Shown here: positions 1-12,896 of the stretch, piece after piece
Numbering within the stretch: position 1 is the stretch's first letter
How the letters are laid out: the number at the start of each line of letters is the position of its first letter
DNA from: the human T2T-CHM13v2.0 reference genome, Homo sapiens
Assembly: GCF_009914755.1 (NCBI RefSeq)
Contig: NC_060931.1
Length of the DNA: 64,000 nucleotides
Reading direction: 5' to 3' (one strand)
Position numbers and translations under genes: made by a program
Notes under the pieces: generated by a model
Databases searched by the model: none
The model's input: the letters and a program-made list of their open reading frames with translations, nothing else
Told to the model about the DNA's origin: nothing

Positions 1-1444
1 AGTAATTATATCAAAAAAAGTGGCATAGATTAAGCACAGCACTGAGTTTATCATATGTTTATTAAAACGGGTAGAAGCATAAAGCTAACATATAATCTGA
101 AATCATATTTTTAAAAACAGGTCTTAATAAACAAGAACTTGATAGGAAGGAAACTAGACTTGGGCTGATCAGTGGACAGATATTTATCGCATTTATGAAT
201 GAACAAGTTTTTCTGCCCTATTTTTATTTTAATGAAAACAGTCATGTCCATTGAGATCTTTTAGAACAATAATGAAAAGAGTAAAACTCTTCTGTAATAC
301 AGAGGTGACTCAAATAGCAATTGCTTGGGACAGATATTTCACACTGTAGGGCTTCCCTTAACCAAATACTGCATCCTGCAAAGAGTTCCTAAATGAACAT
401 GGCCATGGAATTATTTCTGAATCCATTGAGGTTATCCTTAAGTCATCAAGATACTTGGGGATACTTGAATTTTTTTCTCCAGGGTAACTGTTTGCTTTAA
501 AACAGTAGAGTAGGGATGGAGGATGAAAACAGAAATGGAATTTGGATAGACCTTATTATCAGTGGCCTGATATTGGCATGAAAGCAAAGCCTGACCCTAA
601 AGGGCACTGATATTCTTCAGTCAGATATAAGTGAGAAGTATTTTCCTGGATTTCTGAGATCCTCTTCAAGAACAACTGGTCTACACTGTTTGAGTTCAAA
701 TGTCTTTAAATGTCTTTCACTTTTTCATTAAAATTTGCTCTAAAATATTTTCCATTATATTTTTTTCTGATTGCCTTTAACAAAATACATATTTTAAATT
801 ATGAAATCTAAACTGGAGATAACTTTTGTTTTGTAATTTATTTTATGTGTAAAAGTTTTCCCTCATACCCATTCTACTTCTCCAACATAACTTCTCAGAA
901 GTAGAAACAGTTAATAATTTCAGGTTTACCATTCTAGACATTTTTCTGTGCACATAGGCATGTGTAGAATGTATAATTTTACACAACAGGATCTTTTTTA
1001 TCTATATATATATATTTTTTCCTGAAACTTTCTTTTTACTTAATATATGATGACCATATTTTCATGTCAGTACATATAGATCTGCCTCATTCTTTTGAAA
1101 TAGGTGTATGGCATAATACATTTGAGTATTTCCCTATTGATTGGCATTTAGGCAATATCCGTCTTTGAAATACTACAAATGATATTGCAAAGAATATTCT
1201 AGATGCACCTAAAGATATGTACAGAAAGACTCGCATTTCTGTAGGGTAGAAAATATGTAGAAATGCTGGGCCAAAGCATATGGGATTTGTAATTTTCACA
1301 AGTAATACTAAATTTTCTGCTTCTCTTTGATTATTAGTGAGGCTAAATGTCTTATCATAACTACCTTGGCCATTTGGTTCATCTCCCATGACTTCCTACA
1401 TTTTGTCCTTTTTATTTTGAATTTATAGAAACTCTTTTTACCTC

Positions 1445-1820
1445 AGTGTTTAATAACTTTGGAGTCAGAGACATCTGAATTTGAATCCCAGTTTTGCCTC
1501 TTTCTTGCTAGATGACTGGCACTTTACCAAATGTCTCCAATCTCAGACTGCTTATGTATAAAATGAAGATAATAAGAGTACACATCTGATAGTTTTTATT
1601 TCTTTAAAAAATTTAAAAATTGACAAATTAATATTATATATATATTTATGGTATGCAACTTTATGTTTTGATATATGTATACATTGTGGAATGGCTAAAT
1701 CAAGCTAATTAACATATACAAGAAAAAAATGATAGTTTTTAAGTCTTAAAAATAACATGGTGATTGTAAATTTTTAGTATGGTGCTTGGTACAGAATATG
1801 TGTTCAATGAATATTATTTG
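1445..1820 (+). mobile_element. MIR SINE split by an L1MA insertion
   Basis: MIR core ttggagtcagagacatctgaatttgaatcccag...tgtataaaatgaagataata, resuming after 1741 (cttggtacagaatatgtgttcaatgaat). Confidence 0.6.
1598..1729 (-). mobile_element. 5'-truncated L1MA 3' end with TSD
   Basis: L1MA terminus (ttttgatatatgtatacattgtggaatggctaaatcaagctaattaacata), flanked by direct repeat tgatagttttt at 1587-1597 and 1730-1740. Confidence 0.7.
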
Positions 1821-1831
1821 TTCTATACATC

Positions 1832-1891
1832 GTGAATACTTTTTCCATGCTGTTAGTTGATTGTGAATACTTTTTCCATGCTGTTAGTTGA
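1832..1891. repeat. Perfect 29-bp direct duplication (period 31)
   Basis: gtgaatactttttccatgctgttagttga at 1832-1860 and 1863-1891. Confidence 0.9.
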
Positions 1892-3169
1892 CATATTATT
1901 ATTTTCAGAAATTATCACCATATAGAAATTTTATATTTAGATATAGTCAAGTCTCATTCTCTCTTTATCTTTTGGCTTTTGGGTTTTGTGTTATGTTTAT
2001 GATTATAACACCTAGATTATAACAAATGTATCATCTTGTGTTTCTCCTAGTGCATCAATATTTGTTTCTGAGTATGATAGAAGGTAGATATCTGCTTTGA
2101 ATTTTCTGTCATTTTGCCACTGATTTAAAATGCCAATGTTATCATATACTAAATTCCAATATGTTCCTAGACTCCATTTTGTTTCCTTAATCTATTTATC
2201 CTTTTCTGTGTCAGTACTGTAGTACTTTAGCTATTTCAGCTTCATGGTATGTTTTGACCCTTGAAAAAGCAAGACCCTAACTCTTTTTAATCTTTTAGTT
2301 ATATTTGTTTATTTGTTTATTACCTAGTTTGTGATTTAGAGGCTTTCAGGGAAATGTCGCCTTGTCTTTATTATAATTGCCTAAAATAATACTTAGCTCA
2401 GACTAGGCACTCAATATAGGTGAGTTGAATAAACAAACTTAAATCTTGTAGTCTTTTTTAACACCTTTTTTTTTTTTTTACTGTTTCTTAAAAATTCTTA
2501 CTGATGAAATTAATCATGAATACAGAAAACAATATAAAACAAAAATATAAATATCCTTCTACCTACTGCCTTGTATCCAATTTTTAGAAAGAAATAAAAC
2601 AATTCTTGTGCTTTATAAAATTATTCTTCCAGTAGCAGTAGCTTTCAAAGTAGTTATATTGGTAGAATCTTTATTTCTTTGTATACCATGGTTTGATAAT
2701 GTTTATTTATTTATACTACTTAAAATGACATTATTTACTCTGCTATTTGTTTTAGAAAGAAAAAATATTTCCTGGAACTTTCACCTTTAGTGAGTTAGAA
2801 GAATGCCATTTGAAGTAAATAGAGATTCATTGTTTCTCTGTATTTCTCAAAGAATCAGTAGAGATATTGAGAGGAAAAAGGTAGGTTTCACATGTCTTGC
2901 TGTTCTTGATAGTCTTTTAAATAAAGACTCTTATTATATTTATCATCATTTAACTGGAATAAAAAAACCTTTTTTTTCTTATTTACACAGTTCTTTCTCA
3001 TATAAATTTGGAATATTGGAAAGAAATTACTGGAAGAAAAGAAAATATTAGAAACATGGGTAGTGATGAAGCAAAGAATCTGAAATGCTTCACTCAAAAC
3101 CTCTTGAACTGTGGAAACGATGGGGAAGAGAGTATGTCAAATGAGATCCCGGGGAAGGAATGCGAGCTT

Positions 3170-3335
3170 GATAGCTTGACCAACAGCAACAAAATGACCT
3201 GAGAACTTACTAGAAATGCAAATCCTTGGGCCTCACCTTAGACTGAATCAGAAACTCTGGGAGTGGGGCCAGCAATCTGTTTTGACAAGCCCTTTGGGTG
3301 ATTCAATTGCTGATTAAAGTGAGAAAATCACCACT
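3170..3335. mobile_element. MER5A hAT-Charlie MITE
   Basis: tagaaatgcaaatccttgggcctcacc...actgaatcagaaactctgggagtggggccagcaatctgttttgacaagccc matches the MER5A body. Confidence 0.75.
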
Positions 3336-4642
3336 TGAGTGCAGCAAGGAGAGCAGTGTGTTGGGATGACATGGGAGGTTTAAAAATCTGTCAAATAACA
3401 ACAACAAAAAAAATTCTTGTCCCTGTCATCAACTTCCATGTCATGAGGATAAAAGGGAAGTTTGAAAAATTATTTGAGAAAATATGGTAAGACTGGCAGC
3501 AAATTGTAACTTTAAAAATTAGTAGGCACATTAGGCAAGCTTCTACCACACCTCTTTCTTACCCAGATTCACACACACAAACCAGGCTGTCCAAAGCACA
3601 GTCCTGCTTAATTAGATACTGAGGAGCCAAAACTTTTCCACCCCCTCCCCTCAGTCCCTAAGACACAACACATCAGTTTCCATGATTGCTGTTCAGCAGA
3701 ACCAGGCCAATCTGGTTTTCTGCAGCTTGCCTATTAAAAAGTGACTTTCACACCCTCCTGGGTTATGTACCAAGACCTTTGCCCTTTTGTGGCTTAGCAG
3801 AATGATTTATTTGTGTCATTAGTCAATCTATTATTTCATCCAAAATATTTCCATTACCTGAAATAAACTGCAGTCCCAATGATGAAAGCTGTGTCTCTCC
3901 TCACTTTTAGCAGTGGTGGTCAGTTGCTGGCAAGATACTCAGGTACTTAAAACTTTTTTTTTTTTTTAATATTTCTACTCATTACTTTTAATGGAGCAAA
4001 GCTAATCTTCTTTGAAGAAATATTTCGGTCTTTGACCATAAATATTTTCAAGCCATTTTCATAAATTGCGGGCAGCAAAAGAGATTCTAAACATTATCTC
4101 CCACCCACTCTCTCATACTTCTCACTGGTATTCCTGTCTCTTATAACTCAACTTCCCTTTGGAGATTGGGACTTTGTTGTCCTTTCTGTCTGGTGGCTTA
4201 CATAACATGTAATAATCTCTCTGCTGCAAATTTCCACCCTAAATCACAGGAAGATATGAAACTTAATAACTGTTAAATCTTTTAAGTTTGTGATACTCAT
4301 TCTCACAACACAGTGTATATTCAGTATTTACTTGTCTCTGAATATATTAGAAACAGCTATTTAAAATCCAACTCTCTGATGAGCTCAAAACAAGAGATGG
4401 GACCCTAATGAGTATGTTACAGTAAGAGAAAAACAAAGCCCTCTGAAAGAAAGGAAAAGAAACTGTTTTTCCTTCCTCATTTTCTCCCTTTGAGGACTGA
4501 ACTATGTCATACTTCTGCTTTCTCTTTAAAAAGACAGAAACTCTTTATTCTTTAGAATTATGATGAAAATAAAGCTTTTTACTAAGGAATCAGTGACACA
4601 CCCACTTTTTCTAATATTCCATTGACAATTAAAACAATGCTC

Positions 4643-4674
4643 TACCCTAGAGAGATGACGTCACTCTCTAGGTA
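4643..4674. promoter_or_regulatory. Near-perfect palindrome centred on a full CRE (TGACGTCA)
   Basis: cctagagag (4646-4654), a, TGACGTCA (4656-4663), ctctctagg (4664-4672). The structure is seen directly; regulatory function is unproven. Confidence 0.35.
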
Positions 4675-6214
4675 ATTTAAACCAAAAACAAAATAAACAT
4701 AAATAAGCACACTGACTATTGGTATCTATAATTTTGAAAAATATATCTGCTGGTATGCACCTATTATACAATGAGGTATCTTTTACAGATACCTTCAAAT
4801 TTTACCTTCCCCTTAAACTGGTGACCTTCAGCCACGGCCTCCTTTATGCACTGTAGGATCCTACTTTTCAGATCATCTGAAAATCTTTACAATTTTAATT
4901 TATACTATTTGTTCTAATACAACTTTTATTGGCTTGATATGTACAATGAATCATTTTAAATTTTATTTGATTTTTCTACTGAAAAGTTTATTTGCTGTGA
5001 CCATGTGGACAAAGACACATATCTACAGAATGGTGGAGGCACATTTAAATCAGTGGCATTTCTCAGCTTCTAACCATTACTAAAATTGTGGTGTGGGATA
5101 GTGAAGATAAAGTTTGGGATGCATATAGAATTGTGGGTGAGGGATAACCAAAAGAAGCTTGGGGGATGCAGATAGAATTTGTCTCAAGCTCCAACTTCAT
5201 CACTTAACCCGATGAACTACTTTAACTCATGCTTTAATCTGAGTTGTAGTTTTCTCAATTGTAAAATGAGGATCATAATCATTACAACAATAGATAGCAG
5301 TTATTGACTGCTATATGCCTTGTGCCATGACCAAATTTTTTCCTACATTATTTACAATCCACGAAATAATCCTTTAAGATAGAAACAATTCCTTCCTAAA
5401 AGGAAACTGAGGCTAAGAGAGGCTGAATAATACAAATAAGAAGTATATCCTGTTGTATTTCCTTTCTGTTACAGTAGCACTGTGTCACGGAGTGTTGGGT
5501 GCAGATCAAATGAGATGCTGAATGTGTAAGCACTTAGTAGGTTGCATGCACATGACTCAGTCAAAGTTTAAGTGTTTTGTATCTGAACAGTGCTATTCTA
5601 TAAAAATATATTCACACACTAATAACATCATTTTTTTTCAAGTGTAGCCTGCATCCTTGAAAATTCTTTAAAAACCATAAAATGCTACTGCCTAGCATAA
5701 GGCTTAATCTTGGACACTCTTACAGAAGTTGCTTTGGGTACCACCCTTCATTCCCTAATAGCATTTTTGCTTTTTCAAAAGAGCCCAGATTTTAAAATTT
5801 TCCAGATAAATAAATACAATTCCTTTTCCAGTGTGAGGCAGGGGACATAGGGTTAAGAAATTTATAATTTTTAATTAAAAGAGTTTAAAAAAATACTATC
5901 ATCAACTATCACCATCATTAGATAAAAAGGAGGGATATTTTTGATCCAGAAGGGAAAGGATATAATCCCAGAACAAAGTGTGATTCTTTAAATTGAACAT
6001 ACTTAATGGTAAGAAAAACTCTTAAAATTATCTTCTATCTTTTTATTTTGCTGCCAGACAGTGAAACCCTGAAACCCTGTCGTGGATCAGCATGGATCAT
6101 TAGACCAGATTTGAGAAACACTGTTTTAGATTAAAAGCTGTGTGAGACCCTGAAAAATCACAGGCTGTTCAGCAAACAGGCCCTGGGTAAAAATGTGTGC
6201 TCTGCCTTCAGTAG

Positions 6215-6670
6215 GAGTACAGGACGGCGATTGAGACCGTGAGCTCTGTAGTTAGGTATTTTAGGTTTAAATCCTGCCTCTGCTTCTGGTTATACGATCT
6301 CTATGTCTCTAAGCCTCATCATTTCCTGGAGTTAAAATGGGTATAACAATAAATCATGTAAGTCTCATAATAATATGATTATTATGAGAATTAAATGGAA
6401 TGATTCATCCAAGAATCTTTATATTAAGCCCTCAATAAATGTTAGTTTTAAATTTAACTTATTAACACTATTATTAGTAATAATAGTAATTATTTTTATT
6501 CTTATTTCTTATGATTATTAATTTATTTAGCTTCTTTGATTTTCAGTCTTCGTATCTGTAAATTGGAGAGATAAAGTACCTAGTTTTCAGAGTTGCTGTG
6601 GAGCCTAAATGAGGTAATGCATGTTTGTACATAGCTTGGCATGTATCAACAAGCCTGATAATAGTGTTAA
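6215..6670 (+). mobile_element. Two adjacent MIR SINEs
   Basis: ggtttaaatcctgcctctgc...aaaatgggtataacaat...ctcaataaatgttag, followed by tcagtcttcgtatctgtaaattggag...aaatgaggtaatgcatg. Confidence 0.6.
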
Positions 6671-6752
6671 AAGCAAAACATATGCGTGATTTTCACTTAA
6701 AGACTGAGCAATATCTATTCAGGAGCTCTACTTAACAAGTATTATAAAAAGG

Positions 6753-6782
6753 AACAACAACAACAACAACAACAACAACAAA
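6753..6782. repeat. (AAC)n microsatellite
   Basis: About 10 AAC units. Confidence 0.9.
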
Positions 6783-8129
6783 AAACAATGAAGACATTAT
6801 AATTAATAAAACACCTCCAGCTTGGATATGAGTAAGATGAGTATGATGGTAAGACCAGACATACTTGCTTTCTTTCCTGCATAAGCTTATATTTTCAGGT
6901 GTCCTGGACAACTCAAGGAATCACCCATGGTGCATTTATCTCCCACACCTGTTGCCCACTAGTCATCATTGTGATTATATCTGGAACCCAACCCTTTCTT
7001 TTATTTAATGTGGGGCAAAATCTGGCCAGCTGGAAGATTCTGGACAGTGATGGAGTAAAACAAACAGATAAAATCAGCCTGCATTACTATAATCTTGGCT
7101 CTTCAATAAAGAATATCCTAACAATTTTCTAATTCATGGGGAAATTGGATAATCTAATGTAAGCAGTTAAGGTTTGAGATCAATATTCTTTCTTTTATTA
7201 TTTTTAAAATGAGCTGGAGCAATGAAAGGGAAAAAGCTTTGGACTAAAGCATGTTCAAATATAGAACGTATGAAAAATTTAAAAACGGTAAATAAAAGAG
7301 CTAAAATTACATTAGAAAAGAAAATAACCTCAAATATGGTAAATAAATTTAAAAATATCAGAAATAGTAAATAAAAGTCACTTGCAAAAGGCTGTGTAGC
7401 CTGAACATGGAAGTACACACAAAGTTTCCTTTCAGTATCAGAACAAATCCCTCCCGTTGCACAAGTACACAGAGTGCCAAGGTAGTCATCATATAGGGAA
7501 ATGAGACCATTTAGAACACATGGAAAAGAGTTGCCATGCTCCAAAATAGATCTTGGAAAGTTTATCATTTCCAAGTGAGTGAATAGGAAACTTGACTATT
7601 TTTAGCCTAATTAAAATTCAATGTATTTTTTACTTGCCATTTTTAGACCACTCTTTTTCTCTCCACATCATTAAAACCATACATACCATGGGTTTCTGAC
7701 TAATTTTCATGTAAGTAATCAATGTATGGTTTTGAAATCCTATTTAGAGCCATGTTTTGCTAAGAGTTGTATTTTGCATTTTGTTAGTAGAAATCACACC
7801 TTTAAAAGAGTAAAGCAGATTAGGTTTTTGCATTTGACTCTAATTTTTATGAATGAGATGTCAACCTGGCAAAGCACAATTTCCCTTTTGTGTAAATCAC
7901 AATGCAGAGTGGAATACTATAAGCCTGAGTACATCCCATGACAGCTGTAGAGGTTAATATTTAGAATAAATAAGAAAAATCGCTATTTAATTCTCTTTAC
8001 TTTCTACCCATGGATCTGCTGCTCAAAGGCACACAAAATGCAAAACTGAAAGACATTTTATATCCTAACGACAGAGCTTTGGCTGTCATGCATTTATAAC
8101 GAGCACACTTCCCTTTTCTGATTTACTTA

Positions 8130-8350
8130 CATACTGGAGCTAGACCTCCTTGGTTCATTTCCGAATCCATCATATTAGCTGTGTGTTCTTCAGTAGGATA
8201 CTTACCTCTCTGTTCTTCAGTTTCCTTATGAGTAAGAGTGTGAAATAGTACCTACCTTAGAGGGTGGCTGTGAAATTTAAATACCTTAAAATCGATAAAA
8301 GGCATAGAAAATTACTGGCTCATAGTAAGTACTATGTGTTAGCTATTATT
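8130..8350 (+). mobile_element. MIR SINE
   Basis: ctggagctagac...ttagctgtgtg...cttcagtttcctt...tagtacctaccttagagggtggctgtga...ctggctcatagtaagtact. Confidence 0.7.
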
Positions 8351-8718
8351 ACCATTATTGTTATTATTGAAATATTTCAATGTCTATTTCATATCCCAGT
8401 TTTCTTGAAAGTTTTCACAACCTACTTTTTTTTTAGAAAGTAGAAATTACACATTTCTGGGAATCAGGGTTTGATCAAAGTTTCACACTTGTCTCTGTTT
8501 AGATTATATTCCAATCAGTGCCAACACTATCATTTAATTTCCGAGAATCTACCAGAAAGAGAGCACTTTGGGAACCAAGTGGTGAATGTGTGGGGGGGGA
8601 CAGAGTGCTGGTGGGCAGGTCAGATGGAAGGTTGTTGGAGTGGTCCAAGTGATAGATGACACTGGTCTGGCTACCTTAGAGGCAGTGGATATTAAGCTTT
8701 TAACATGCTTAAGTTTAG

Positions 8719-9094
<376 letters not shown>

Positions 9095-10904
9095 AATTTT
9101 TTTTTTTTTCCTGAAGGTAGCCCGTGTTTACTTCACTGTCATACTTTGCAGAAAGCAGGCGTTGTAGGAATAGGGCAAAATAAAAGTAATTAATTTTGAA
9201 GTAGGGACAAAGGGAGTTTAGAGAGATATTGTGGAAAGACTCAAACAGTGAGGCTTTTCCTTAGGAAGGCTGGCTTCTAGAATAAATGAGAATACTATAT
9301 GAATGGTAGGTGCGGGACAAACTAGCAGAAGGGGAGGGGACATGAGAGACAAGTTCTGCCTCTTATACAATGTAATGCAGAGCCACTCTTATTCATGTGT
9401 TTAACTGTCTTTGAGGTCATCTATAAGTACATTAATGCACATATTTTTCTGCATTTGCTAATGGCTCCCTGCAACTTTGCAGTTCCTTTAGGGAGAGCAC
9501 TAGATGTGGAGTCAGAAGGCTGGAGTTTTCATGGCAGAACTATTACCTCCTGGTTGGAAAATATGTCATCTCTGCTATGGTCTCCTCTTTAATGAATGCA
9601 CTGGGCTCCTGAATAATACTAAGGGTAAAATATTAGTTATCAAGAAGATATATAGCATTACTTCAAATGCTAGAGATGCCTCTTTAACAAATTAAAATGC
9701 AGACCATAACTTCCAGTTTTGATATTTGTGGACTCCACATTGCTACTCTTCAAATATGCCCAGATATTAATATTTTAGTAGCTGAGAAGAAATGCTAAGT
9801 TTCTCATTGACCTTGTATTCACTAAAATAACACATCTAATTTGAAGAATATATATTTTCCTCATGGGATGCAATACAATTGTTTTCATTTTGAATAGGAA
9901 AAGAAGCCACCCAGTAAATTTTTATTTTTTTCTAAATTGGCCCTCGAGCAAGGATCATTCACCACTTTGCTGGGATTTTGCCTTAGTGCCACCTTTGCAG
10001 TCTATGTGATGTTAGTAATGAAAAAGTGGTCTAATACCCTGACCTTTCAGTCCTGTAGAAGGCCCAGTGAAGAAGGTGCTAAAGCAATTTGCATTATTAT
10101 GTACCCTGTGCCATGAACTTCTGTGAATCTTGGGCGAAAGAAATTCCATTCCAATGTCCATAAACACCAATGTTTTCTATGATACATCCTCATACTTGAA
10201 AGAATTCTATCTGTCAGACTTAAGGTTAGAAACAAATAATTATGCTGGAAGTTGGGTTAATTAATGGATGAGTCAAGTCAATTTAAAATTTAAATTTGGC
10301 AGCAGTACAATTTTCCTTTCTTTTTCCCTTGTTGCCTGCATTGACTTTATGAACACCTCACTAGAGAGGAAATCTCAAAAAGCAAAGCTTTTCTTTAAAA
10401 ATTATTATTATTAAAGAGATTTTTTTCCTATAATACAATAAATATAATTTTCATATTTATTAAGAGCTGACACCAAACTAAAATCCATTTGCAATTAAAT
10501 TTACTTGATGTCTGCCTACTTAATAGACAGATTTGGGACAGACAATAAAAACCTATGAAATCCTAGAAGAACTATATCACATTTCACTTTTTTTTTCTGT
10601 GCAGTAATGTTATGTTTGTATACTTAGCTATCTGGAATGTAAACTTAATATGAAGTGTGATCCTGAACTATTCCAGGTTATACCAAAAGGCTGGAATTTG
10701 GTTATAGGTATAGTCACAGTTCCGGTGGCCTGATTGAGTTGGAGAGCTGAGTTTAAAGCCTATAAGAGATCGGCTGAAATATCCATTGAGAGAGGCTCCT
10801 AATTCTGTTACTTACAGGCTCTGATCATCTAAGACAATTAATATACCAATTATATTAAAATAAAGAAACGTCTAAGTCGCCTTCAAAATTCCATTTGAGT
10901 ACAG

Positions 10905-11125
10905 CAGCAGAGAGAGCATAGTCTTTTGGTTTTAGGCGAACTTAGGTTTGAGTTCCAGCTCTGCCACTCAGAGATGTATGAACCTTGCTGGGTCCCTGTA
11001 AGTTTTCTGCCCTATTTCCTTACCTGTAGAATGGGCTTGATAATATACCATATGATTGTCTCAGGAAGTCACTGAGTATCATTGTATCCTGCACACAGTA
11101 AGGGCTCAATGAATAGTAGCTGTTT
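10905..11125 (+). mobile_element. MIR SINE
   Basis: ggtttgagttccagctctgccact...tttccttacctgtagaatggg...gcacacagtaagggctcaatgaatagtagct. Confidence 0.7.
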
Positions 11126-11881
11126 TTTGTTTTTGTTTTTGTTTTCTATTTTTAGTTATACCTGGGAAATCTAGGAGGTATTAATATTAACTTGCGGAAA
11201 ATCAGCTATTCAAACAATTTAGGATTAATTGCTTTCAGGGCTTGGATCCACATTAGGAAAATGAGAAGGAAAAATGTTTAGTTTAGTTTTGTTTTTCTTG
11301 CCTATAAGAGGTATAAATACCACCTAAGTAGCTCCAGCCTAGTGCAAGAAGCAGAGGAGAAATAGAGGTATGACTTTGTGATTAAGAGGGCAGAGGGCTG
11401 TTGGGAAACAGTTCTGCATGATTAAACTGAATGCTATGTTCTGAATATGTGTGCTATGTTTTAAATGCTCACTAAAGAAAACCAACTCAAACCCAAAATA
11501 GAAGAATGGATGTTAAGAATATGAATGAATTATTGGTTTGGAGGAAGTACTACAGATGAATAGCTGAAAGCTCTGGGGAAACAGCTAGTTGATAACTTAA
11601 AACAAGAAAACTTTAAGCCTCAGTGTGCAGGAGAAATAAAAAACACTTTATTTATGGACACATTTAGGGAAGTCTTAACTAATTTCTCTAAGAGAAGAGA
11701 GGGTCTCCTGGATGTGCTGGGACAAAGAAATAATGATGACCCTGTCTTTTGTAATCTGATAGAGAAATAAGAAAATAATACAAAAGGGAGATTAAACCAC
11801 CATAAAACAAGTATAAAATGTTATAATTTGTGATTCAAAAATTGCTATATTTGGCCTGAAAAATTTATCTATGCAAATTTT

Positions 11882-12218
11882 TTTTATAAAAAGTTTTTTT
11901 TTTAATTATACTTTAAGTTCTAGGGTACACGTGCACAACGTGCAGGTTTGTTACATAGGTATACATGTGCCATGTTGGTTTGCTGCACTCATCAACTCGT
12001 CATTTACATTAGGTATTTCTTCTGATGCTATCCCTCCCCCAGCCCCCTGCCCCCCAACAGGCCCCAGTGTGTGATGTTCCCTGCCCTGTGTCCAAGTGTT
12101 CTCATTGTTCAATTCCCACCTATGAGTGAGAACATGCCACTGTCCTTGTGATAGTTTGCTGAGAATGATGGTTTCCAGCTTCATCCATGTCCCTGCAAAG
12201 GACATGAACTCATCCTGC
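11882..12218 (-). mobile_element. 5'-truncated L1PA (about L1PA7) 3' end with TSD
   Basis: Poly-T followed by attatactttaagttctagggtac (L1PA 3'UTR). TSD tctatgcaa(a/c)tttt at 11868-11881 and 12219-12232 at a TT/AAAA site. ORF 11951..12205 begins with the ORF2 C-terminal MSFAGTWMKLETIILSKL. Confidence 0.9.
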
Positions 12219-12679
12219 TCTATGCAACTTTTAAGTACACAAACAGTCTGGAAAATATTTGGTATATGCAGAAATCCTAGAATTTCCAGATCATTATTAT
12301 TGAGGGCAGGGGCTTATAAACTCATTTTTCTCCCCATACACTATCATAATAAAGAGATTAAGAAAATTATTTCAATGAATGCATGGCAACAGAGAAAAAT
12401 ACTTTACATACTACATGGGTATTTAATATATACCTATATATTCATACACATGCAAACGCACACAGCTCACATGCATGGGACCTCTGGAAACTCTAAAACA
12501 AGGGATATCAATCATGATGTGATATGACATCTTTGTTGGGGGGATTAAACGCTGTCCAGGAAAGGCTAAAAAGAAGGAAGCAGCATGTAAGTTAAGCTTT
12601 AGGAGACTGCACCTTTCAAAAAGGGAAAATAAAGTAAGGCAGGCGTCTCAAACTGATTGAAATTATTGTGTACAATCAG

Positions 12680-12847
12680 TGTCTCCATTTCCTCATTTCA
12701 CATTTATTTCTCAACCCACACCCAACTCACGACTAAAATTGCTCTCAATTAAATGCAATTCCGAGCTCTCAATCCTTATCCCACTTGATCTACTGGTAAC
12801 ATCCCGCATGAGTGCTCGCTTTCTCCTCCCTGGTTTCCATAAAATTA

Positions 12848-12896
<49 letters not shown>

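Larger units (their letters stand above)
860..2290 (-). mobile_element. Ancient L1 (L1ME-type) 3' fragments, interrupted by MIR and L1MA pieces
   Basis: Degenerate L1M 3'-end text (e.g. ccctattgattggcatttagg, atttctgtagggtaga, aatgctgggccaaag). Boundaries approximate. Confidence 0.5.
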
